Assembly: GCA_014238615.1 (NCBI GenBank)
Contig: JABAAT010000024.1
Span: 104,234 to 168,233 of the forward strand
DNA: 64,000 nucleotides
Source: Gammaproteobacteria bacterium
GTDB taxonomy: Bacteria > Pseudomonadota > Gammaproteobacteria > Porifericomitales > Porifericomitaceae
Direction of reading: 5' to 3'
The notes beneath the pieces were generated by a model that was not told where the DNA came from, did not search any database, and saw only the letters and a list, made by a program, of their open reading frames with translations. The translations under genes and the position numbers were made by a program. This document shows positions 1 through 9,060 of the stretch, piece by piece (position 1 is the stretch's first letter; each line of letters begins with the position of its first letter).

Positions 1-50
1 CTCCCCATCATGCGCATGGGGGAAACCCTGCGCGCACTGCACATCCAAAG

Positions 51-701
51 ATGAACGGCCAGACGCGGCGCGGTGCCGGAGGCGGCCTCCTGGCGTGGCT
101 GTTCCTCCTGCTCCTGGGGCCGCCAACGGCCGCGCTGCTGTATGCCTTCTGGCCCTACCCGAAAGCGCGCGGCATGCCCCGCCTGGTCGCCAACGTGCAA
201 GCCGAATACGCCCTTTTGCACCGCCTGGAACCCGAGGCGATACGGCGTGCGCAGCGCGTGGACGCCGCCCTGCACGAACTGCTGTTCCGGCGCACCGGCC
301 TGGAGACCCTGCTACACCCTCCTCCCGGTGCGCGGGACGGCAGTACACCGCGACTGCGCGGTCTCTCTGATTTCCCGCTGGTCCTGCGCTATAGCCTGCG
401 CCTCAGCGCACTGCGCGTGGGAGTGCTGCTGGGCGTCCTCCCGCTGGTCCTGGCGCTCAGTCTGCACGCGATCATCGACGGCGCGACCGCGCGCCGCCTG
501 CGCCGCCTGCGCGCCGCGCGGGAGAGCAGCTTCCTCTACCACCGCTACAAGCTCACCCTGTTCTGTTCCCTGTGGGGCCTGGCCGCCTGCTACCTCCTGC
601 CTCCCATCATCCTGGATCCCCGCTGGATCATCCCCCCCTTTGTCATCGCCTTCAGTGCCACCCTGCGCATGACCACGGCCTGCTTCAAAAAATACCTTTA
701 G
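51..701 (+). CDS. Hypothetical inner-membrane protein (216 aa). Hydrophobic N-terminus and at least 3 predicted TM helices. The Arg-rich loop and C-terminal FKKYL end resemble DUF4400-type membrane proteins (tentative).
   Basis: Intact ORF with GC3-rich codon usage typical of the host. The hydrophobic segments LLAWLFLLLLGPP, VGVLLGVLPLVLALSL and LWGLAACYLLPPIIL are present. No confident family assignment is possible from sequence alone. Confidence 0.45.
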   Translation: MNGQTRRGAGGGLLAWLFLLLLGPPTAALLYAFWPYPKARGMPRLVANVQAEYALLHRLEPEAIRRAQRVDAALHELLFRRTGLETLLHPPPGARDGSTPRLRGLSDFPLVLRYSLRLSALRVGVLLGVLPLVLALSLHAIIDGATARRLRRLRAARESSFLYHRYKLTLFCSLWGLAACYLLPPIILDPRWIIPPFVIAFSATLRMTTACFKKYL

Positions 702-726
702 AGAACGCTTTTCGGGGAAAACTGCC

Positions 727-2313
727 TCACGGTTCGGGGGAGTCAGGGCCGGCGTCAGCGGGGCCGACGGCATCCTGTTGAGCACGATCCCGGGTGTGGA
801 TTTGCGCCCGGGCCCGCGTGCGCGCCCGGGCACGAGCCACCGCCTGCTCAACATAGGTACGGCGCTCCCCGGGTGTCCCGGGGATACTCTGCTCCTGGTC
901 TTGCTCTCGGGCGGCGCGCCACGCACCCAGTCTTTGCCCGCGCTCCAGGTTGCGGAGTCTCGCGTGGTCCACTTCCTCACGGCGGTGTTCCTCCCGGACG
1001 ACGGCCTCCTTGGCATCCCGGTAACTCTCCACCAGAGGCAGCCGGCTGGGACAGACATAGGAGCAGCAGCCGCATTCGATACAGTCAAACAGGCCCAGGC
1101 GCCGGGCCTGTTCCTGACCGTCCAGCGTATCGCGCCGGAGGGACGCTTGGTACAGCAGCTGCGGCAGCAGGCCGGCGGGGCAAACCTCGACGCAACGGCC
1201 GCAACGGATACAGGGCAGGTTTGGCGTGGGCGGCTCCGGGGGTTCTTCCATGACCAGAACGCAGCCCAGGGTCTTGGTGATCGGCGCGTCCAGGTCCTGC
1301 AGACGCTCCCCCGTCATGGGGCCCCCGGCGATGACATGGTGCGTCTTCCCCAGGGGATGTTCGTGGCACTGGGCCAGGCAGTGCCGCACCGAAGTGCCCA
1401 ACAGCACCTGCAGGTTGCGGGGATGGTCCACCGCGCCGGTCACCGTGACGTAGCGGGAGATGAGGGGCTCACCGTGCGTCACGGCACGGTAAACGGCGAC
1501 CGCGGTGGCGACGTTGTGCACCAGCACGCCGCTGTGGATGGCCAGTTCACCGCTCGGCACCTGCTTCCCGGTCACGGCCTGGATGAGTTGTTTCTCACCG
1601 CCGATCGGGAAGCGATCCTCCAGCCCCAGCAGTTCAATCTCCTCGTCCAGGTGCGGCTGCAGAATACACGCCGCCTCGGTCATGCTCTCGCGTAGGGCAA
1701 TAATGCAGCGGCCGGCTTGTAAGACGCGGCGCAGCATGCGGGCGCCGTGCGCGACGCATTCGGCTTTTTCGCGCAACAGGCGGTCGTCGCAGCTGACATA
1801 GGGTTCGCACTCCATGCCGTTCAGGATGAGCATATCAACCGCGTTTTCCCGGCCCTCACGCACCTTGATGTGGGTCGGGAAACCAGAGCCCCCCAGACCC
1901 ATGATGCCGCAATCAAGAATGTGATCCTGCAGCACGCCGGGTGGCTGCTCCTGGTACCCTGCCACGGGACGGAGCTCGCACCAGCGGTCCTCGCCGTCCG
2001 GCTCAATCAGGATACAGGGAGTCCTGGCGCCGCCCCGGCGCACGCCGGGATGGGGACGCACACCAAGTACGCGCCCGGAAGTGCTGGCATGTACCGGCAC
2101 GCTCACGGCCTCCCCCGAGCGGGCTACATGCTGGCCCTTGAACACGCGATCTCCCGGTTTCACCAGCACTTCGGCCGGCCGGCCGAAGTGCTGATCCAGG
2201 GGTAAGGCGATGAGGGAAGGGATCGGCGCCCGGATCGAATCGGCTTCGCTGGAAAGCGTCTTGTGCTGTTCCAGCGACAGACCGCCGTGGAAGCGGCTCG
2301 GCAGGACCTTCAA
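727..2313 (-). CDS. rnfC: RnfC-like electron-transport subunit (NADH-binding plus two 4Fe-4S motifs) with an Ala/Arg-rich C-terminal tail. The likely start is a TTG at 2313; the ORF could extend to 2577.
   Basis: Aligns to RsxC/RnfC at the motifs GGSGFPTHIKV, NGMECEPYVSCDDRL, CIRCGRCVEVCPAGLLPQ and CIECGCCSYVCPSRLP. The conserved FHGG N-terminus begins just after the in-frame TTG. The 88 residues upstream in the maximal ORF have no RnfC similarity and overlap rnfB. Confidence 0.75.
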   Translation of the reverse strand: MKVLPSRFHGGLSLEQHKTLSSEADSIRAPIPSLIALPLDQHFGRPAEVLVKPGDRVFKGQHVARSGEAVSVPVHASTSGRVLGVRPHPGVRRGGARTPCILIEPDGEDRWCELRPVAGYQEQPPGVLQDHILDCGIMGLGGSGFPTHIKVREGRENAVDMLILNGMECEPYVSCDDRLLREKAECVAHGARMLRRVLQAGRCIIALRESMTEAACILQPHLDEEIELLGLEDRFPIGGEKQLIQAVTGKQVPSGELAIHSGVLVHNVATAVAVYRAVTHGEPLISRYVTVTGAVDHPRNLQVLLGTSVRHCLAQCHEHPLGKTHHVIAGGPMTGERLQDLDAPITKTLGCVLVMEEPPEPPTPNLPCIRCGRCVEVCPAGLLPQLLYQASLRRDTLDGQEQARRLGLFDCIECGCCSYVCPSRLPLVESYRDAKEAVVREEHRREEVDHARLRNLERGQRLGAWRAAREQDQEQSIPGTPGERRTYVEQAVARARARTRARAQIHTRDRAQQDAVGPADAGPDSPEP

Positions 2314-2315
2314 GG

Positions 2316-2813
2316 TCAGCGCCGCACCACCGCCGCAGGGGGCTCCGTGGGAGCCGCCTCCAGAACAATGCAGGCCGTGGGACAAACCGGCAGGCACAAT
2401 TCGCAACCGGTGCAGTCCTGCGCCAGCACGGTGTGCATGCGGCCCGGTGCGCCCACGATAGCGTCCACCGGGCAGGCGCGCAGGCAGCGTACACAACCGA
2501 TGCAATCGGCTTCCCGCACCCGGGCCACCCGGGCCACCTGCAGACTCCCCCGGCCGGGAGCAGGCGGCGGCTCGCAACCCAGCAGTTCAGCGAGGGCCGC
2601 CAGGGTGTACAGCCCACCAGGCGGGCAGAGGTCAATATCCTCCCGACCCGCCGCGACCGCCTCGGCATAGGGGCGGCAGGCGCTGTAACCGCAACGGCCG
2701 CATTGAGTCTGCGGCAACAGGGCGTCCACGGCGGCCGTGCGCCTGGCCAAATCATCGGTGACTTCTTCGGTGACCGTGGGAGGAAGGCTGCGACGATTTT
2801 CCATAAACTTCAA
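2316..2813 (-). CDS. rnfB: RnfB-like ferredoxin (165 aa) lacking the usual N-terminal membrane anchor.
   Basis: LPQTQCGRCGYSACRPYAEAV matches the RnfB/RsxB cysteine cluster. It is followed by two 4Fe-4S ferredoxin motifs (CIGCVRCLRACPVDAI, CTGCELCLPVCPTACI). The N-terminus is hydrophilic (MKFMENRRSLPP) rather than a TM helix. Confidence 0.75.
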   Translation of the reverse strand: MKFMENRRSLPPTVTEEVTDDLARRTAAVDALLPQTQCGRCGYSACRPYAEAVAAGREDIDLCPPGGLYTLAALAELLGCEPPPAPGRGSLQVARVARVREADCIGCVRCLRACPVDAIVGAPGRMHTVLAQDCTGCELCLPVCPTACIVLEAAPTEPPAAVVRR

Positions 2814-2929
2814 TTATCTCATTCGTTCATCGGGGCAGGGGGAAACCATGCAAGAGCGGCGCTGCAACCTAAGGTCTTTCCCTCTACACTGTAGCAGCGT
2901 TTCGACCACTCCCCGCTGATGACACCCTC

Positions 2930-5167
2930 TTGAAGCCTGACATTTTCCCTGCCCACGGTCACCCGGCGGCACTGCCGGCGTTGCTGCTGGCCTTAGTCCT
3001 CGCATTCCCGGCCCAGGCGCAGGCGCGGGAACCGGCGGTGCAGACTCCGGGTGCTTCTTTATGTCCTCCGCACCCGGAAGCACCCCCCGCCCCATCCGAA
3101 AACGCCCTGAAGCTCAGTTCCGAGCGCTCGGAGTACAGCGGCGACGGGCGTCTGCTGCTGGAAGGCGATGTGCGCATATCCCATGGGCGACGGCGCCTGA
3201 GCGCGGCACACGCGACCTGGCTGCAAGCGGAAGACCGCGTGGATTTAGAGGGTGATATCCGCTACCACGATCCCCAGCTGTGGCTGGAAAGCGAACGCGG
3301 CAGCCTGCATCCGAACGCGCGCCGGGCGCACTTTGAAGACCTCCGCTACCGCCTGGCAGGACGCGGCCGGGGTCGCGCCGAACTCCTGGAGCGCTTTGAA
3401 GCCATCACGCGCCTGCGGAACCTGGACTACAGCTCCTGCCCGGGGCAGTCCCCCGCCTGGCAACTCAAGCTGCGCGAGCTGGAACTGGAGCACGCGGCCG
3501 GGCAGGGCACGGCGCGCGGCGCGGTCTTCAAACTCTTCGGGGTGCCGGTGTTTTACCTCCCTTACCTGAACTTCCCCATCGGCAACCGCCGCCAAAGCGG
3601 TTTCCTGCTCCCGGTGCTGGGTCTCGGCAGCCGCAGCGGCCTTGACGTGCGCATGCCTTACTACTGGAACATCGCTCCCCAGCGTGACGCAACCCTCAGC
3701 TTGCGTATCCTGTCCCGGCGCGGCGCCATGCCGGGTCTTGAATACCGCCAGCTGCACCACAACGGCCGCGCCCTTTTCTACGGGGAACTGCTGCCTGCCG
3801 ACCTGGCTGATCGCAAGCGCCTGCGCGGCCTGCTCCGGCTGGAGCTGGAGCAATCCCTGCCCGGAGGCTGGGAAGCCGAGCTGGACTGGCGCAGTGTCTC
3901 CGATCACCGTTACCTGGAGGACCTGGGGGACACCCTGAGCCAGACCAGTGAACAGCGCCTGGAACAGCGCCTGGAACTGCACCGGCAACGCGGCGGCCTG
4001 CGCCTGACGGCACGGCTGCTGAATTTCCAGGAACTGGCTTCATCCAACGCCGCCGCCGCGAACCGTCTGCTGCCGGAACTGGAAGTTGCCTACGCCGCCC
4101 AGGGCGCCGACCTGGATTTCGGGCTACGCGGGACCCTAAGCCGTTTCCAGGGCGGCGCCGAGGCGAACGGGCTACGCCTGGATTTACTGCCGCAACTCGG
4201 CTACCGGCTGCGCTACGGCGGCAGCTACCTGCATCCCCGACTGACCCTGCGCTACACCCACTACGAACTGGAGCGGGATGGCGCGGCTGGTAAGCGGAAT
4301 GCCAAGCGCCTGCTTCCCGAACTGCGCGTGGATGGAGGACTGCGCCTGGCCGCCGGTGGACACCGCGGCGCCGCGGGATGGGAGCGCTTCCTGTACCTGT
4401 TTGAGCCGCGCCTCCTGTACCGTTTCGCGCCCTATCGTGAGCAATCCAGGCTGCCGCTGTTTGACAGTACCCGCGTGGATTTTTCCCGGGCCTTCCTGGA
4501 AGCCAACGTGGATCGCTTCAGCGGCGCGGATCGAGTCGGGGATGACAACCGCCTGGGTCTGCTGCTCGGCGCACGCGTCCTGGATCCGGAAACCGGCCGG
4601 CAATGGGCGGAGCTGACCCTGGGTCGCTACTTTCACCTGCGCCGCCAGCGCCTGCGCCTGCCTGGAGAACCTCCAGACACGGAGCGCGCATCACCGTTGC
4701 TGGCGGCCCTCCAGTGGAATCCGGCGCCGGACTGGCGCTGGCACGGCGAACTGCATTGGCGCCTGAAACAGGGCATCCTGACGCACGCTGTCAGCGCCCT
4801 GTACTATCGTGTCGGCCGCGCCCGGATCTTCAACCTGGGCTACAGGTATCGGCGGGACGCGCTGCACTTGCACCAAGTGGATGCATCCTTCCACTGGGAA
4901 TTGGGGCCGCGCTGGGCTCTCACCGGCCGCTGGCAGCGCTCGCTGCACTCATCCTCGCCGCATGACCTCGAGCTTTTTCTCGGCGTGGAGCGGCGGCATT
5001 GCTGCTGGACCCTGCGCCTGCTCGGGCGCCGTTTCGCACCTGGCGGTGTGGAAGGCTATGAAAACGGTCTGTTTTTGGAAGTGGCCCTACACGGTCTGGG
5101 ACACCTGGGGTATGATATTGTGGGTTTATTCAGGACCGGGCTACCCGGCTACCCGGGAGGTGACTGA
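2930..5167 (+). CDS. lptD: LPS-assembly outer-membrane protein LptD (OstA/Imp).
   Basis: 745 aa with a signal peptide (ALPALLLALVLAFPAQAQA). It has an N-terminal OstA-like domain and a long beta-barrel region with aromatic-rich C-terminal strands. Conserved lptD-surA-pdxA-rsmA synteny supports the call. Confidence 0.9.
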   Translation: MKPDIFPAHGHPAALPALLLALVLAFPAQAQAREPAVQTPGASLCPPHPEAPPAPSENALKLSSERSEYSGDGRLLLEGDVRISHGRRRLSAAHATWLQAEDRVDLEGDIRYHDPQLWLESERGSLHPNARRAHFEDLRYRLAGRGRGRAELLERFEAITRLRNLDYSSCPGQSPAWQLKLRELELEHAAGQGTARGAVFKLFGVPVFYLPYLNFPIGNRRQSGFLLPVLGLGSRSGLDVRMPYYWNIAPQRDATLSLRILSRRGAMPGLEYRQLHHNGRALFYGELLPADLADRKRLRGLLRLELEQSLPGGWEAELDWRSVSDHRYLEDLGDTLSQTSEQRLEQRLELHRQRGGLRLTARLLNFQELASSNAAAANRLLPELEVAYAAQGADLDFGLRGTLSRFQGGAEANGLRLDLLPQLGYRLRYGGSYLHPRLTLRYTHYELERDGAAGKRNAKRLLPELRVDGGLRLAAGGHRGAAGWERFLYLFEPRLLYRFAPYREQSRLPLFDSTRVDFSRAFLEANVDRFSGADRVGDDNRLGLLLGARVLDPETGRQWAELTLGRYFHLRRQRLRLPGEPPDTERASPLLAALQWNPAPDWRWHGELHWRLKQGILTHAVSALYYRVGRARIFNLGYRYRRDALHLHQVDASFHWELGPRWALTGRWQRSLHSSSPHDLELFLGVERRHCCWTLRLLGRRFAPGGVEGYENGLFLEVALHGLGHLGYDIVGLFRTGLPGYPGGD

Positions 5168-5188
5168 TTGTCGGCAACTGATACAAAA

Positions 5189-6592
5189 ATGCGCGACCCC
5201 TCGAAATTCCCCTCCCTCCCCCTAGTACACTCCTCCAGGCGGTCCCCCGGCAGGCGCGCCCCCGGATGCCTGCTGCTTTTGTCGGCGCTCTGCATCATTG
5301 CATGGGGACTTGCCTGGAAAACAGCGTGGGGACAGCAGCAGGCCGTGCGCATTGACAGCATCGCCGCGATCGTCAACCACGACGTGGTGCTGGAAAGCGA
5401 ACTCAGGCAACGCGAGCAACTCATGCGGGAGCGTATTCTTCAGGAAGGGTTGCGTCCCCCCGATCCCGAACGTTTGCGGCAGGACACCTTGAGGCTGTTG
5501 ATCCGCCAAAAGCTGCAGCTACAGCGCGCGGAACAGGGAAATATCCGTATCACGGAAGAGCAGCTGCAGCGCTTTCTGGAAAGCTTGGCGGCCCGTAATA
5601 ACACCACGCTGGAGGGATTCCAGGAGATCCTGGAGCAGGATGGCTTCGATTTCAAGCGTTTCGTTCAAGATGTAGGCGATGAGTTGACCATCAATAAGCT
5701 ACGCGCGGAACAGGTGGAAAGACGCATCAGCATCTCCGACCAGGAGGTGGAGCGCCACATGAAAAGACAGAGCGTGCAGGGGGACGAAGTGGAATACCGG
5801 GTCGGTCACATCCTGCTAGCCCTGGACGAGCAGGGTGATGCGGAACAGGGCGCCGCCAGGCAACGCCTGGCCGAGGAACTCAGTGAACGGCTGCGTGCCG
5901 GAGAGGATTTCCGCCAGGTGGCCCTGGAATATTCGGACGCACGCAGCGCCGCGGAAGGCGGTAACCTGGGCTGGCGGCCGGCCGGGAATCTGCCGCAATT
6001 GTTTGCGCCCCTGGTCATGACGATGCAGGCCGGGGAAAGCAGTGCCCCCATCCCCAGTCCCAACGGCTACCACATCATCAAGCTGTACGAACTCCGCAGC
6101 GGCGGTAAACCGATCATGGTGCGCCAGACCCGAGCCCGCCAGATCCTGCTCACCCCGGGAAACGAAGAAGAGGAAGCGGCGGCGCGCACGCAGTTGGAAA
6201 AACTGAAGGCCCGCATCGAATCAGGAGAGAACTTCGCGGCACTGGCGCGCATCCATTCCCATGATCTGACCAGCTTACCGCGGGGCGGGAATCTGGGTTG
6301 GATCTCCGAAGGCTCCCTGCCCCCAGACCTGGAAAGCGCCCTGGATCGGTTGGAGCCGGGCGAACTGGGCGGCCCCTTCCGAAGTGTCCTGGGCTGGCAC
6401 CTGGTGGAAATCCTGGAGCGGCGCGTGACGGACAACCTGGAAGAGCAACAGCGCGACCAGGCCCGCAAACTCATCCGGCAACGCAAAATTCAGGAAGCTA
6501 CGGAAGAGTGGCTGAACCTCCTGAGAAACGAAGCTTACATCGAATATCGCCTGCACCAAGACGACACCACGCAGAGCGCGAGCGCGGGTTGA
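5189..6592 (+). CDS. surA: Periplasmic chaperone / peptidyl-prolyl isomerase SurA.
   Basis: A signal peptide is followed by the SurA N-domain and two parvulin PPIase-like domains (GWHLVEILERR). It sits immediately downstream of lptD. The ATG at 5189 is preferred over the TTG at 5168. Confidence 0.85.
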   Translation: MRDPSKFPSLPLVHSSRRSPGRRAPGCLLLLSALCIIAWGLAWKTAWGQQQAVRIDSIAAIVNHDVVLESELRQREQLMRERILQEGLRPPDPERLRQDTLRLLIRQKLQLQRAEQGNIRITEEQLQRFLESLAARNNTTLEGFQEILEQDGFDFKRFVQDVGDELTINKLRAEQVERRISISDQEVERHMKRQSVQGDEVEYRVGHILLALDEQGDAEQGAARQRLAEELSERLRAGEDFRQVALEYSDARSAAEGGNLGWRPAGNLPQLFAPLVMTMQAGESSAPIPSPNGYHIIKLYELRSGGKPIMVRQTRARQILLTPGNEEEEAAARTQLEKLKARIESGENFAALARIHSHDLTSLPRGGNLGWISEGSLPPDLESALDRLEPGELGGPFRSVLGWHLVEILERRVTDNLEEQQRDQARKLIRQRKIQEATEEWLNLLRNEAYIEYRLHQDDTTQSASAG

Positions 6593-7626
6593 ATCCGGCG
6601 CCCTTGGCCGCCCTCCCGCTGGCCGTCTGCCCAGGAGAGCCGGCCGGAGTCGGCCCGGAACTGTTGCTACGGCTGCTGAGCGAGACCCCGCCGCCACCGC
6701 CCTTGCTGGTCTTCGCCAACCCGGAGTTGCTGCGCCGGCGTATCCGCGAATTGCGCCTGGAATTGCGTCCGCGCTTGGCGGAAGCGGAACCCGAAGAGTT
6801 CCACAAACTCCCACCGGCGGCACCCGGAGAGTTCTGGGTACGACCAGCACCCCTGGCCCGTGTGCCGCCTCCCGGGAAACCCGATCCCGCAAACGCTGCG
6901 GGTGTTCTGGAAGCCCTGCGCCTGGCCTGCCGGGCCTGCCTGGCTGGTTCCTGCAGCGCCCTGGTCACGGGCCCGGTCTGCAAGCGCAGTATGCACCGGG
7001 CAGGCATCGCCTTCCCCGGGCATACCGAATTTCTGGCTTCACTCTGCGATACAGACACTCCCGTGATGCTCCTCGCAGGCGGCGACCTGCGCGTCGCGCT
7101 GGCCACCACGCACTTGCCGCTGGCCGCCGTGGCGCGCACCCTGAACAGCGCATACCTGGAGCGCGTACTGCGTGTGCTGGACGGCGATCTGCGCCGCTCT
7201 TTCGGATTCTCCGCGCCGCGAATCGGCGTGCTCGGCCTCAATCCCCATGCCGGAGACGGCGGCGCGCTGGGGAACGACGAGCAGGAGTGGATGCAACCCC
7301 TGCTGGAACGTCTGCGGGCCGAGGGCCTGCAACTCCTGGGGCCGATCGCGGCAGACACCGCTTTTCTCCCGGAACAGCGCGCCCGCAGCGACGCCCTGCT
7401 GGCGATGTATCACGATCAGGGGTTGCCGGTGCTCAAGGCGTTGTACTTCGACGAAACCGTGAACATCACCCTGGGCCTGCCTATCGTGCGGACCTCGGTG
7501 GATCACGGCACCGCCTATGACTTGGCCGGCACCGGCCGCGCCCGCCACGACAGCCTGCGGGCCGCCATGCACACGGCCACGCTCCTGTGGCGGAAACGCG
7601 CGGTCGCGGCGCCGGCGACTTCTTGA
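6589..7626 (+). CDS. pdxA: 4-hydroxythreonine-4-phosphate dehydrogenase PdxA.
   Basis: PGEPAGVGPEL, the HTEFL region and MYHDQGLPVLK are PdxA hallmarks. The TTG start at 6589 overlaps the surA stop (TTGA) and gives a 345-aa product. The tracked ORF from 6298 is an out-of-family N-terminal extension lying inside surA. Confidence 0.85.
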   Translation: MNPAPLAALPLAVCPGEPAGVGPELLLRLLSETPPPPPLLVFANPELLRRRIRELRLELRPRLAEAEPEEFHKLPPAAPGEFWVRPAPLARVPPPGKPDPANAAGVLEALRLACRACLAGSCSALVTGPVCKRSMHRAGIAFPGHTEFLASLCDTDTPVMLLAGGDLRVALATTHLPLAAVARTLNSAYLERVLRVLDGDLRRSFGFSAPRIGVLGLNPHAGDGGALGNDEQEWMQPLLERLRAEGLQLLGPIAADTAFLPEQRARSDALLAMYHDQGLPVLKALYFDETVNITLGLPIVRTSVDHGTAYDLAGTGRARHDSLRAAMHTATLLWRKRAVAAPATS

Positions 7627-8438
7627 AAAACCCGCGCCGCCGCCTGGGCCAGCACTTTCTGGACGACACGGAAGTGGCTGAACGCATCGCCGAGTTGGCA
7701 ATCCCGGAAGGCCCTGGCGTGCTGGTGGAAATCGGCCCCGGCCGCGGCGCCCTGACCGCCCCGCTGCTGGAGCGTTGTGCCAGGCCGTGGGGGCTGGACG
7801 CGGTGGAGATCGACCCGATCCTGGCCACGGGGCTGCGCCGCCGCTGGGGAGAAAACAGCGGCCTGCGGCTGCATGAGGCGAACGCCCTGCACTTCGACTT
7901 CGCGGCCCTGGCGAAACTGCGGCGCAAACTGTACCTGACCGGCAACCTGCCCTACAGCATCTCCACACAACTGGTGTTTCGGTTGCTGCGCCTGGGGGAA
8001 CGCCTGGGCGGGATGCTGTTTATGCTGCAGGCAGAAGTCGCGTTGCGCGCCTGTGCGGCGCCCGGGGGCAAGACGTACGGTCGCCTCTCGGTGATGCTGC
8101 AAAGTTATTGTGAGACCGAGTTGCTGCTGCGCGTGCCGGCCAGCTCCTTCAAACCTCCCCCGCGCGTGGAGTCGGCCGTGCTGCGCCTGCGCCCCCGCGC
8201 ACCGGGGATACGCGTGCCGGCGGCCTTGGGAGAACTGACGCGGCGCGCCTTCAGCGCGCGCCGCAAGACGCTGCGCAACGCCCTGCGCGACTGCTGCGAG
8301 GCGCGCGACCTGGAAACGGCCGGCCTGGACCCGGAAGCACGCCCGGAACAGATCCCCGTGGAGGGCTGGCTGAAACTTGCGGCGCACCCGGGAAAGCGCA
8401 TCGAAGCCGCGTTGCGCGGCCTCCCCAGTCAACCGTAG
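7587..8438 (+). CDS. rsmA: 16S rRNA (adenine1518/1519-N6)-dimethyltransferase RsmA/KsgA.
   Basis: RLGQHFLDD, VLEIGPGRGALT and LTGNLPYSIST motifs are present. The start is uncertain and may lie slightly downstream, since the ORF overlaps the pdxA end by 40 nt. Confidence 0.85.
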   Translation: MAETRGRGAGDFLKNPRRRLGQHFLDDTEVAERIAELAIPEGPGVLVEIGPGRGALTAPLLERCARPWGLDAVEIDPILATGLRRRWGENSGLRLHEANALHFDFAALAKLRRKLYLTGNLPYSISTQLVFRLLRLGERLGGMLFMLQAEVALRACAAPGGKTYGRLSVMLQSYCETELLLRVPASSFKPPPRVESAVLRLRPRAPGIRVPAALGELTRRAFSARRKTLRNALRDCCEARDLETAGLDPEARPEQIPVEGWLKLAAHPGKRIEAALRGLPSQP

Positions 8439-8474
8439 CCACAAGTTCCCGCTGACGCGGTACTGTACTTCACC

Positions 8475-9038
8475 ATGCACCCCACGAACGACAAACTGCC
8501 TCTCCCCGGCGGCCTCCTGGGAACCCTGGTCCGGTTCCTGGAGCTGCCGGTGGAATACGCCGGGCGCCTGGCGGCCTGGCTGGTGCCCGTTCTGATGCTG
8601 CTCATCGTTTACGACGTCGGCATGCGCTATTTCTTTCACAGCGGTTCGGTGCGCCTCCAGGAGCTGGAATGGCACCTGTTCGCATTGGTCTTCCTGCTCG
8701 GGGCCGGCCACACCTTGTGCCATGACCAGCACGTGCGGCTGGACCTGCTGCGCCAGGGCCGCTGGATGAATGAGCGGCGGCGTCACTGGGTGGAAATCCT
8801 GGGCAGCCTGCTGCTGTTGCTGCCCTTTTGCCTGCTGCTGATAGACAGCTCACTGCCCTTCGCGGAACAGTCCTATCGACAGGCCGAAGGCTCCCCGGAT
8901 CCTGGCGGGTTACCGTACCGCTGGTTGCTCAAGGCCGTCATCCCGTTCGCCTTCCTGTTGCTGCTGCTGGCCGGACTGGCACGCCTGCTACGCTCCGTCG
9001 CGGCCTTGCGCGCCCGCTCCCCCAGCCCAGATTCCTGA
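8475..9038 (+). CDS. dctQ: TRAP transporter small permease (DctQ family).
   Basis: 187 aa with 4 TM helices of DctQ type and the typical N-terminal layout. It is immediately followed by a DctM gene. Confidence 0.8.
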   Translation: MHPTNDKLPLPGGLLGTLVRFLELPVEYAGRLAAWLVPVLMLLIVYDVGMRYFFHSGSVRLQELEWHLFALVFLLGAGHTLCHDQHVRLDLLRQGRWMNERRRHWVEILGSLLLLLPFCLLLIDSSLPFAEQSYRQAEGSPDPGGLPYRWLLKAVIPFAFLLLLLAGLARLLRSVAALRARSPSPDS

Positions 9039-9060
9039 TCCCACACGGCGGCTTTCCCCC

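Noticed and set aside
6298-6588. N-terminal 97-aa extension of PdxA lying inside surA.
   Set aside because: It has no PdxA homology. The conserved PdxA N-terminus begins at the TTG at 6589.
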